Assembly (NCBI GenBank): GCA_037439545.1
Contig: JBBIVV010000005.1
Span: 14,210 to 78,209, forward strand
Reading direction: 5' to 3'
Length of the DNA: 64,000 bases
Source of the DNA: a bacterium
GTDB taxonomy: Bacteria; JAMCPX01
Shown: one piece after another, positions 31,214 to 39,538 of the stretch
How the letters are laid out: every line of letters starts with the position of its first letter
Numbering within the stretch: position 1 is the first letter of the stretch
Notes under the pieces: model-generated
The model's input: the letters and a program-made list of their open reading frames with translations, nothing else
Database searches by the model: none
Told to the model about the DNA's origin: nothing
Translations under genes and position numbers: made by a program

Positions 31214-31252
31214 CTGCAGGATTTAACTTAAAAATCCTTATTAAGGAGCCGT

Positions 31253-31804
31253 ATGAATAAAGAAACATTTTTAACATGGGCAGGAAGGAATGCAAGACGC
31301 ATTGGTGTAAAAAAAACACAGGTCGTAAAAGCGTTTGAAAAAGAAATGACCGCACCGGTGAATCCGGACGCACCGTTGGAAATTCCGGACACCATGCGTG
31401 TAACGATGCGGTATTCGTACGGAGGACAATCAAGGTTCTTCAGGGAGATACTGGAGAACAAACGGATCATGGGTACACGCTGCAGCAATTGCAATAAAGT
31501 GTTCTGCCCTCCGCGTACACACTGTCCCGAATGCTATGAGCAGACAGAATGGATAGAACTCAAGGGAACGGGCAAAATTCTCAGCTATACAACCGTATAC
31601 TTTGCAACATCCTCCTCTATAAAACAGGTGCCGTACATCGTTGCCTACATAAAACTCGACGGCACGGACACGGCTATACTTTCAAACATAGAGATGAAAG
31701 ACGTTAAAAAAGCAAAAGTCGGTATGGAAGTAAGGGTCATGTTCCGCAAACAAAGAGACGGCAGAATCACGGACATCTATTTTAGCCCGCTATTTACCCC
31801 GTGA
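31253..31804 (+). CDS. DUF35 / ChsH2-like Zn-ribbon plus OB-fold protein
   Basis: RCSNC..VFCPPR.HCPEC, G.GKI.SYT, PY..AYIKLDG and KVGMEVRVMF motifs. AAGGAG RBS. Confidence 0.88.
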   Translation: MNKETFLTWAGRNARRIGVKKTQVVKAFEKEMTAPVNPDAPLEIPDTMRVTMRYSYGGQSRFFREILENKRIMGTRCSNCNKVFCPPRTHCPECYEQTEWIELKGTGKILSYTTVYFATSSSIKQVPYIVAYIKLDGTDTAILSNIEMKDVKKAKVGMEVRVMFRKQRDGRITDIYFSPLFTP

Positions 31805-31874
31805 GAAGTATGACCGGCGGCAGCTATGTGCCTTCGTGAAATATCCGTCTCTGACCAATGACTCCCGAACGGGG

Positions 31875-33155
31875 TTACGGATTGAACATATGGAATACCA
31901 ATCCGGACAGAAGCTTAGGATAAAAGAACGTGGTTTTCTGCGGCATGTTCAGTGATTTTAACGCAACATCCTTGACATCCTTTGCAGTAGGCGCATTCAG
32001 AACAAACGCAGCATCCCCTGCTTTCATGGATGCGAGTGCGCTGTTCAGCTCATGGAAATAAGACAATCGTCCGCCTGCCGAGAATGATTGTTCCGGTATA
32101 TTCAGTATGCCCTCAAGAATTTCCTTGTTGAGTATATATACGTCGAGGGATTTTAAAGCGTCAGGGGTCATATCGTCCTTAAGCTTTTGAGGCCTGTAAT
32201 TGTGGAGTATATATAGGTTATCGCTGCCATAGAATTTAACACCAAAGGCTTTCCCGTGATTTTCTATTTCTTTGACCCATGCTTGAATTGAATCAATTCC
32301 TTGTTTATTCGTCAGCAGGTTGACATCAAAGCATGTTTTTAACCTTTCTATGATCTCTTTTTCATTATGCTCTATAGCATGGACGACTCTGTGTGTCGGA
32401 AGTATTACAAGCCCCGGGTCGCTTATGTTGGTGAAGTACGCCATGATGTAATTATAACTCGCGTTCTCATCCCTGGCGTGAGCGGAAGACATGTAATCCC
32501 TGTACCGTATCGCTGTTTCATACCGGTGGTGTCCGTCGGCAATATACACTCTCTGCCCGCCTATCATCTTCTTTACGGTATCTATGATCTTTTCTTCGGT
32601 AATGCTGTAAAAGAAATGCTCTTCATCGCCTTCTTTGATATGTGCCAGCAGGGTATGAATTGCAGGGCTTATAGTAATACATTCGACGCATTTTTTCTCA
32701 TCATCATAAAGCACAAATATGGGCGACAGGTTTCCTTCACATGCTTTCATCAACTCGAACCTGTCTTCTTTCGGCTTTGACAGCGTTTTCTCGTGCGTAT
32801 AAACGTCGCTCCCGAGCTTCATAAGCGTTATGAAGCCATGTCTTTCATACATTTTTCCCTTTGCCCGGAACCTCTGTATGTACAGGTAAATGGCCGGCTG
32901 GTTATCTTTGATCAGAACACTTGTTTGTTTCCATTCCTCTATAAACTTTCTCGCCCTGGAGTACCGGTTATTCTTATCATTATCACCTTCATGCTGTCTC
33001 CCGAGTATAAGCCTGACAACATTATGCGGATGTTTTTTGTAAAGTATTTCCTGCTGCTGCTCATTGATGACATCGTAAGGCGGCGCGACAACCTGCGATA
33101 GATCCACCATGCTTTCATTGTATCTTGTTCCTTTAAACGGTCTTATCTCTGTCAT
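31875..33155 (-). CDS. DUF1015 family protein
   Basis: IRPFKG.RY, VAPPYDVI, HEKT, IADGHHRYETA, ILPTHRV and MPQKTTFFYPKLLSGL motifs. Confidence 0.9.
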   Translation of the reverse strand: MTEIRPFKGTRYNESMVDLSQVVAPPYDVINEQQQEILYKKHPHNVVRLILGRQHEGDNDKNNRYSRARKFIEEWKQTSVLIKDNQPAIYLYIQRFRAKGKMYERHGFITLMKLGSDVYTHEKTLSKPKEDRFELMKACEGNLSPIFVLYDDEKKCVECITISPAIHTLLAHIKEGDEEHFFYSITEEKIIDTVKKMIGGQRVYIADGHHRYETAIRYRDYMSSAHARDENASYNYIMAYFTNISDPGLVILPTHRVVHAIEHNEKEIIERLKTCFDVNLLTNKQGIDSIQAWVKEIENHGKAFGVKFYGSDNLYILHNYRPQKLKDDMTPDALKSLDVYILNKEILEGILNIPEQSFSAGGRLSYFHELNSALASMKAGDAAFVLNAPTAKDVKDVALKSLNMPQKTTFFYPKLLSGLVFHMFNP

Positions 33156-33774
33156 ATAATACCCTTTCTATTTGAGTTTTTTTTATTATTCCTTCTCTTA
33201 TATAGCCTATATCTTTCCCTGTTACATCAATTACCGTTGAAGGCATGGTATGTATCTTACCCCCATCGATGATAAGGTCAACCTTATCGGTAATACTTGT
33301 TGGCGTGCCTGCAACGGATGCTGCGGGCCCCTCATTGGATATGTTTGCACTCGTTGAAACGACAGGATGATCGTAACTATTAAAAATCGACCGGATCAGT
33401 GGATAGGGTGACAGCCTTAATCCAAGCCTGCCGGTGCCTCCTGTCAATAAGCTGCTCATGCCCTGCCTCGCATTGAATATAAGTGTCAGTGCGCCGGGCC
33501 AAAATGCCTCAATCAATCGCCCGGCAGCAGGCGGAATCTCCGCAACAAGCTCTTTTAACATGGTTCTGTCTTTGATAAGCAGTATGAGAGGTTTGCCCGG
33601 CGGGCGTTGTTTTATTTCAAAGATGCGGTTCACGGCAACATCGTTGAATGCATCGCATCCTATGCCGTATACGGTTTCAGTAGGGTAAAGCATAATCCCG
33701 CCGTGCGTTAATGTCCGTATGATTACCGGTATGTTTCTGTTGTCCGGGATGCTCTTATCTACTGTTAAATACAA
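33133..33774 (-). CDS. tsaC: L-threonylcarbamoyladenylate synthase (YrdC/Sua5 domain)
   Basis: YPTETVYGIG, KQRP..KPL, FWPGALT, STSANIS and PSTVID motifs. TTG start. Confidence 0.9.
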   Translation of the reverse strand: MYLTVDKSIPDNRNIPVIIRTLTHGGIMLYPTETVYGIGCDAFNDVAVNRIFEIKQRPPGKPLILLIKDRTMLKELVAEIPPAAGRLIEAFWPGALTLIFNARQGMSSLLTGGTGRLGLRLSPYPLIRSIFNSYDHPVVSTSANISNEGPAASVAGTPTSITDKVDLIIDGGKIHTMPSTVIDVTGKDIGYIREGIIKKTQIERVLYDRDKTV

Positions 33775-33776
33775 GT

Positions 33777-34256
33777 TTATTTCTTTTTGTCTGCACTGCC
33801 GGCAAGTGTCTGTCTGTATTCGATCAGTTTTCTATGTAACGATTCATCGCCAAGGGCAAGTATCTCTATGGCAAGTAGCGCTGCATTCTTTGCACCGGCT
33901 TCTCCGATTGCAACAGTTGCGACCGGTATTCCCCCGGGCATTTGCACGGTTGACAGGAGTGCGTCCATACCGGACAGGTATGAGGAAGGCAGAGGCACAC
34001 CTATTACAGGCAGTACAGTCTCCGATGCGATAACCCCTGCAAGATGCGCGGCACCGCCGGCACCTGCAATTATAACGCGGTATCCATGTTCTCGTGCTTT
34101 CACGGAGAGCGCTCTCGTTTTCTCCGGAGTCCTGTGGGCTGAGGAAACAACCATATCATAACCTACGTTAAAGCTATCCAGAACCTTTGCGCATTCCGAC
34201 ATAAATTTTTCGTCAGAACCGCTCCCCATGACGATTAATATTTTTTTTGTGTCCAT
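33777..34256 (-). CDS. purE: N5-carboxyaminoimidazole ribonucleotide mutase
   Basis: MGSGSD, SAHRTP, IAGAGGAAHLAG, PVIGVP and QMPGGIPVATV motifs. Confidence 0.96.
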   Translation of the reverse strand: MDTKKILIVMGSGSDEKFMSECAKVLDSFNVGYDMVVSSAHRTPEKTRALSVKAREHGYRVIIAGAGGAAHLAGVIASETVLPVIGVPLPSSYLSGMDALLSTVQMPGGIPVATVAIGEAGAKNAALLAIEILALGDESLHRKLIEYRQTLAGSADKKK

Positions 34257-34345
34257 AAATATTTTTTACCATATGCGTGTTTTGTGATCAAGTAAATATG
34301 ATGAGGTATTACGAACAGCCGCATAGTCCATTGCAAGGAATTGTT

Positions 34346-35674
34346 CTATTTTATCCGTTTTTTGTAATGCTTGCTTGCCACACTCGTGAAGAGTGCCGAT
34401 ATCCCTGCCGATGCCAAAACGATCATATACGGCAGTACCGTCAGACGGAACCGCGGTTCTGCCTCTGGGCCGGCAGATACAATGACAAAATAAGCTATTA
34501 TAAATAGCAGGAATAAAAGCTCCCTGATATACCCCTCTCCGGTAATGATGATAATCCCCATGATAATCAGCAAACCTGTCACGACGGTGAAAATGATTTG
34601 ATAGATGACAACTCCGAATACGACAGGCGGATCCGAAAACAGCATGTGGACCATATCGTGCATAGACTGTCTTTGCCACATGAAACCAAGCAGCTTCGGC
34701 TTTATATTCTCGAGTTTAAACACCGCATACCGCTCGGGCGAAAGGAGCATGTTTATACTGCCTTTCAGCACGACAATGGAATAAGCATGGAGGTGGTGAA
34801 GGATAATATGTGCCCCTTTGTCGCGATAAAACTGGTACGTCGATGCTATCGACGGCTCTTGCGGCACTGCATTTTCCAGATCATCCTGTGCTTGTTTTAA
34901 CGGGATGTGCCCGGTCTCTGCAACGACGCCTGCCGCCCTCCAGTGATAAAGGTTTATGTCCTGTATTGAGCAGAATCCTTTGTAACCATCAACCATATAA
35001 TTTCTGACCATCCACGGCAGAACTGCCAGACCGGTTACAAGGATCATGCCGGCGGCATATTTCAGTCTGTCTCTTACCGATAACCGCGAAGCTATTATGT
35101 ACAAAGCAGCGTACATAAATGGCGCATAAAGCATGATAGGCCTCAGGTAAGCAGCCATACCGGCCGTGATTGCCGATATGATAAATGCAGCAGAGTCTTT
35201 CTTTTTCATTGATTTGATAAGAAAAAAGGTGCTCATCAGCAAGAAGAGCACAAACAGGGTTTCCGATAACAGGATATTGCCGTATATGATACTCACAGGC
35301 TCGAGGATGGATACGATAGCCGCAATCTTTGCAATCCTTTTTGAAAATAAAAGCTCTGCATTGAGATATAAAAAGATTGGGATAAAACCTGAAAGCAGGA
35401 TTTGGAAGAACAATGCAATAGCAGGTCTTACGCCGAAGATCCTGTAGACTATAGATAGGAAAAACGGGTACCCCGGTGATCTTTGAAGCCCCGGCTCTCC
35501 TTTGTCGGGAACATAATAGCCGTGGAGCGCCATGTTTGCCCCCAGTTCACTGTACTGATAAGAATCAGCGAGAAAGAACCTGTTTGTGTCGTCAAAGGTA
35601 AAGAAAAAAGGGACAAGCCTTATCCCGGCATAAAACACAAACAAAAGAAAGAAAAGACCCGCTCTTTTATTCAT
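34346..35674 (-). CDS. ArnT/PMT-like (GT-C, family 39) membrane glycosyltransferase
   Basis: ADS.QY motif after TM1, RSPGYPFFL, LLSETLF, YLRP, PWMVRNY and EPRFRL, with many TM segments. Confidence 0.82.
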   Translation of the reverse strand: MNKRAGLFFLLFVFYAGIRLVPFFFTFDDTNRFFLADSYQYSELGANMALHGYYVPDKGEPGLQRSPGYPFFLSIVYRIFGVRPAIALFFQILLSGFIPIFLYLNAELLFSKRIAKIAAIVSILEPVSIIYGNILLSETLFVLFLLMSTFFLIKSMKKKDSAAFIISAITAGMAAYLRPIMLYAPFMYAALYIIASRLSVRDRLKYAAGMILVTGLAVLPWMVRNYMVDGYKGFCSIQDINLYHWRAAGVVAETGHIPLKQAQDDLENAVPQEPSIASTYQFYRDKGAHIILHHLHAYSIVVLKGSINMLLSPERYAVFKLENIKPKLLGFMWQRQSMHDMVHMLFSDPPVVFGVVIYQIIFTVVTGLLIIMGIIIITGEGYIRELLFLLFIIAYFVIVSAGPEAEPRFRLTVLPYMIVLASAGISALFTSVASKHYKKRIK

Positions 35675-35692
35675 ACTATACTCTCACCATGC

Positions 35693-38600
35693 TTATAACG
35701 CCCTTCTTTTCATCGCGATGATGAACAATAACGGCATAGCTCCAATCAAGATTATGATCAACAGATCAATACGGGTTGCCGTGCCCGATGTGTTACACGA
35801 ACATCCGCTGCTGCTTGAAGATGATCCGGATGGCGCTTTCCACATATACAAATACCCTTCCCTTGTCGATGCCGCAACAGCAAGATGCCCGTTACGCACT
35901 GGCAGCGGGATCGTATAATTCCCCGTATTCCAAAGATCGTGATGGAATTTTGCCCATTGCAGTGCATTCGGAGCCGACGCATTGCTTCTTGATTCAACAT
36001 TACCTACGGCATTCGATGAAAGTATCCAGCCTCCCGTAAACTTGGGCCACCCTGCAGGCATAGTACCCTTTGCGTCCCATGCCCATACCTGGTAACCCGC
36101 GCTCCCCTCGATTACTTCAGGCATGCCGTCTCCGGTAATATCCGCTATGACCGGTGCGTTTAACATCTGCCAATCCTCTATCGCTCTGGGAAAATACGGC
36201 GCATAGGTGTTGTTATTAACATCCCAAACAGAAACAAGGTGATCGAAAGGTTCTCTCAGCGATCCATTTGCCTCCATATTCAGTACATTCATGCCGACCG
36301 CACCGTAAGCAAGCTGCGTGTCGCCATTGGAAAGGGACCCTACCGACATGTTTGATATCAGGGTGATTGCCCCGGTCTCCGCCGTATCCGCATTTGCGGG
36401 AAATTTACCGGATATAGATTGAAACACACTGCCATCCGGATTAAAAATAATGGGGTTGGAGGATATAGGATTGAAGGCGACCTTTAATCCCGGATCACTG
36501 CCTGATTTGAACAACACCGGAGATGTCGGAATACCAATGCCTATATACGGCAATATATCGGGGGAAATAGCTGAAATCTGTTTGGGCCATCCCGGTGCAT
36601 AGGTGCCGTCAAGGTTCATGACATAGGCTTGCGTTGCTCCACGGTAGTCTTCATTCGTGCCGACCGCAATCTCAACACCGCCATTGCCGAGTATATCGCC
36701 GACAGCAGGGGTTGAAACTATCCTTGTGTACTGTCTGTAATACGGCACTGTATTGTTATAAACAGCAAAGTCTCTAATCAATGCACCTGTCCCGTCCCAT
36801 ATATAAACATGCTGATCCTCTGCCGCAACGATTATATCGAGTCCTTTGCTGCCTACCGGATACAGCACGGGTGAAGCAAGGATTGCATGATTGGGAATGT
36901 CATTTTTAGAATTGGGGGCGCATTTTGGATCTGCCCCTCCACAGTTTAATGATTGAAGGACACTGCTCCTTAAGGTCGTGTTGGTAAACAGATCCGAATA
37001 ACCATAATTAATATGCACCGGGAAGCCAGGCAGTATGTTCCCCTGATTGTCCCATGCGTATACACGCCCATCCATTGTTGCTGCAACGATATCCGTTATG
37101 CCGTTGCCGAGCAGATCACCTACGGCAACAGTACTGAGAATAGACGCTGACGCCGGTGTGATCGTTCCGCCTGCGTAAGCTGGCGCATTCAGATGATTGA
37201 CCAGATTGGCCGGCTGGGAGGTGTCAAACACATCAAGCACATCTGTCGCGAGCGGGAATCCAGGCAATGGATTGCCATTTTTATCAAACCCATACACCCT
37301 GCCGTCAGAGCCGCCTATCAAAAGTACATCCCTGCCCGTGCCATAAAGATCGGCGAACACCGGGGAAGATTCTAAAGAGGTCCCCAGGTAAATCGGATAA
37401 TTCGGATAAAGATCAGAATCATGATGTATGAATATTTCCCTTCGGTCTTCTCCATACAATCGTGTGTCGCCTGTTGACAGGATTGGCAGTTCATAAATAT
37501 TTTTGTGCTGATTATCGAATACCCTTACCCTTATCGTAAGTGCATAATCATTTGCACCACCCTCTGTCCATGTCTCGACATTCGTAATGGGTTTTTCTGT
37601 AATGGGGATGTTTGCAAGATTTATCGTACATAGCTTGCCTGATAAAGGCGATGTCAACCCTTTTTGATTACACACGGTAACGAAGGCTGACGGCGTTATA
37701 CCGATGCCGTATTGCACCTCGTAATCATATGAGCCCGCCCTGCGTGCATTAACATATCCATAGATGTCGAGGTCAGGCACCTGAACAGGATCTATTGTCT
37801 GGAACCAGTTCGGGTCTGTTATATCGGCTTCCGGAGGGATAGCGGTCGTGGTAACAGACAGGACTGCCTTATACAAGTTTGCCCTGCCGTAACCGAAGTA
37901 TTGGTCCCAGCCGGGCAAAGACTCATAAAGGGTCGGGTCGTAATTTGCCGAGCCCGGGACAGAATTCGGTATATTGATGTCATCGGCAGTTAACGTTACT
38001 ATCTGTTTGAATTCGTTTGCAGTCAGCTTTATGCCTTCTGTGAATGCCATTGATGCGATAATACCTGCCATACCGGATGTTTTGCCGGTTGCCTCAGAGG
38101 AACAGCTTTCGCCCGGCGTGGAAAGTACGAGATGTGCACCGTAGTTGGTACAATTGTTGAATGCAAGAAATGAGGTGATGGGCTTATTCTTGTTCCCGAG
38201 GTTATTGGTAGCAACGGCATGGACCATGATAACATGATTGCCGTTTGATGGATAATTGTGGTGCATGCTGTCTTCATCGGCCGCAGAAGCTATGATAACA
38301 ACGTTATGATTATATGCATAATCGATTGCCTGTTGTGCAAAACGGGTCATATTCAGTGTGCCGAACGCCTCCTGGATAACTGAAGCGCCGCTGTCCGTCG
38401 CAAAGAGCACACCCTCTGCAAAATGGTTCGAATCGGCCACAAAGCTGTCTCCGCACCTTACCGGCATGAACATACATCTTGGACATACGCCCGGGCTCCC
38501 GACCGAAGAATCGTTCGCAGGTGCTGATGAATCCTCTGCCTCGCCTGTTCCATGACCGAAACTATTTAAATCCCATGGATCGTTGTTGTTGTCCCTGAAG

Positions 38601-39403
38601 TTCCATCCTGCAATGTCCCGTGCATAACCATTATGGTCGGCATCAACGCCGTCCTGACCGAAGAGTAAGATCAAATCTTCGGGATCTATGAAGCCGTTGC
38701 CGTTCTGATCGGTTATCGGTACAGAGGTGCTGTTGTACCACGCAGACCCGGCTCCGCCTCTCGAACCATCGTAATCCGCAATATTAAAAACACCATCCTG
38801 ATTCCAATCAAAGCATGAGATGTTGTAATAACCGCCATTTGCAACACACGCGGTCGTTGCTGAAACATCTGTGCCTGCTGCCAGGTGGCATGTACATCCC
38901 GTTACAAACCCGCCAGCAATGACTGAAGGGTTATATGGCGGAGGCAGTTCCCTGTAGTTGAGATGAATCTTATCAACCAGACTCCGGTTATTCCATTCTA
39001 TTCCTGAATCCAAAACAGCTATCAGTACATGCGGATCACCTGTTGTATATTGCCATGCCCTGTCAGCGCTGATGCCGCTCACGCCATAGAGCTGTTCAGG
39101 AGTGTCAAGGGATGCCGTACCCTGCACCAGATAAGGCTCAAAACTAAAGTAATTCCAGTCCTCATCAAGGACACCTGCACCTGAGTTATAATAAGTGCCG
39201 GTGGTGGGACCGAACCCTGGCTCTGCCTTAGCATAATTGGGGTCCCAGGGAAGATACTGGACCCAGTCAGAACTCTTTATGGAGCTCGGTGTGCCGGGTG
39301 TTCCGGGCCAATTTGGATTGCCTCCCTGGGCAAGCACTTTGATACCTGCCAGTAAACCTACTGCAAACATCACAATGACCGCTGTTATTAGTTTCGTTTT
39401 CAT
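35693..39403 (-). CDS. Secreted S8 (subtilase)-domain protein with FG-GAP/VCBS-like repeats and a Cys-containing C-terminal membrane anchor
   Basis: Signal peptide, then IAVLDSG, GHGT and SCSSEA triad candidates. DxNxNG..D EF-hand-like loops and repeated AVGD.LG.G..I / LPGFP / GWP blades follow. The tail is SSSSSSGCSC-TM-KRR. Confidence 0.82.
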   Translation of the reverse strand: MKTKLITAVIVMFAVGLLAGIKVLAQGGNPNWPGTPGTPSSIKSSDWVQYLPWDPNYAKAEPGFGPTTGTYYNSGAGVLDEDWNYFSFEPYLVQGTASLDTPEQLYGVSGISADRAWQYTTGDPHVLIAVLDSGIEWNNRSLVDKIHLNYRELPPPYNPSVIAGGFVTGCTCHLAAGTDVSATTACVANGGYYNISCFDWNQDGVFNIADYDGSRGGAGSAWYNSTSVPITDQNGNGFIDPEDLILLFGQDGVDADHNGYARDIAGWNFRDNNNDPWDLNSFGHGTGEAEDSSAPANDSSVGSPGVCPRCMFMPVRCGDSFVADSNHFAEGVLFATDSGASVIQEAFGTLNMTRFAQQAIDYAYNHNVVIIASAADEDSMHHNYPSNGNHVIMVHAVATNNLGNKNKPITSFLAFNNCTNYGAHLVLSTPGESCSSEATGKTSGMAGIIASMAFTEGIKLTANEFKQIVTLTADDINIPNSVPGSANYDPTLYESLPGWDQYFGYGRANLYKAVLSVTTTAIPPEADITDPNWFQTIDPVQVPDLDIYGYVNARRAGSYDYEVQYGIGITPSAFVTVCNQKGLTSPLSGKLCTINLANIPITEKPITNVETWTEGGANDYALTIRVRVFDNQHKNIYELPILSTGDTRLYGEDRREIFIHHDSDLYPNYPIYLGTSLESSPVFADLYGTGRDVLLIGGSDGRVYGFDKNGNPLPGFPLATDVLDVFDTSQPANLVNHLNAPAYAGGTITPASASILSTVAVGDLLGNGITDIVAATMDGRVYAWDNQGNILPGFPVHINYGYSDLFTNTTLRSSVLQSLNCGGADPKCAPNSKNDIPNHAILASPVLYPVGSKGLDIIVAAEDQHVYIWDGTGALIRDFAVYNNTVPYYRQYTRIVSTPAVGDILGNGGVEIAVGTNEDYRGATQAYVMNLDGTYAPGWPKQISAISPDILPYIGIGIPTSPVLFKSGSDPGLKVAFNPISSNPIIFNPDGSVFQSISGKFPANADTAETGAITLISNMSVGSLSNGDTQLAYGAVGMNVLNMEANGSLREPFDHLVSVWDVNNNTYAPYFPRAIEDWQMLNAPVIADITGDGMPEVIEGSAGYQVWAWDAKGTMPAGWPKFTGGWILSSNAVGNVESRSNASAPNALQWAKFHHDLWNTGNYTIPLPVRNGHLAVAASTREGYLYMWKAPSGSSSSSSGCSCNTSGTATRIDLLIIILIGAMPLLFIIAMKRRAL

Positions 39404-39480
39404 ATATTTCCCCCCTCTTTCTCATACCCTGTTTCTTTATTACCTGACGGGCAATCTATTTCTTTTCAAGGCGGTGCATG

Positions 39481-39525
39481 GGTTATTTTCGTCGCGGCGC
39501 CCTGGCGGCCGCTCCTCGCAATGAC
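39481..39525. repeat. Degenerate GTCATTGCGAGGAGC-type palindromic repeat unit
   Basis: Minus strand reads GTCATTGCGAGGAGCGGCCGCCAGGGCGCCGCGACGAAAATAACC with an internal GC hairpin. A partial inverted partner GACGGGCAATCT lies at 39446-39457. Confidence 0.5.
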
Positions 39526-39538
39526 ATTGTGCCCAGGT

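Noticed and set aside
31040..31231. 63-aa TTG-start ORF with a GAGGAG RBS
   Set aside because: It is not listed as a CDS because there is no recognisable protein signal and its RBS is part of the inverted repeat. It is mentioned only within the insert finding.
34266..34679. 137-aa minus-strand ORF containing CHCIC and His-rich text
   Set aside because: It is an alternative frame overlapping the GT-C gene, with no RBS or family motif.
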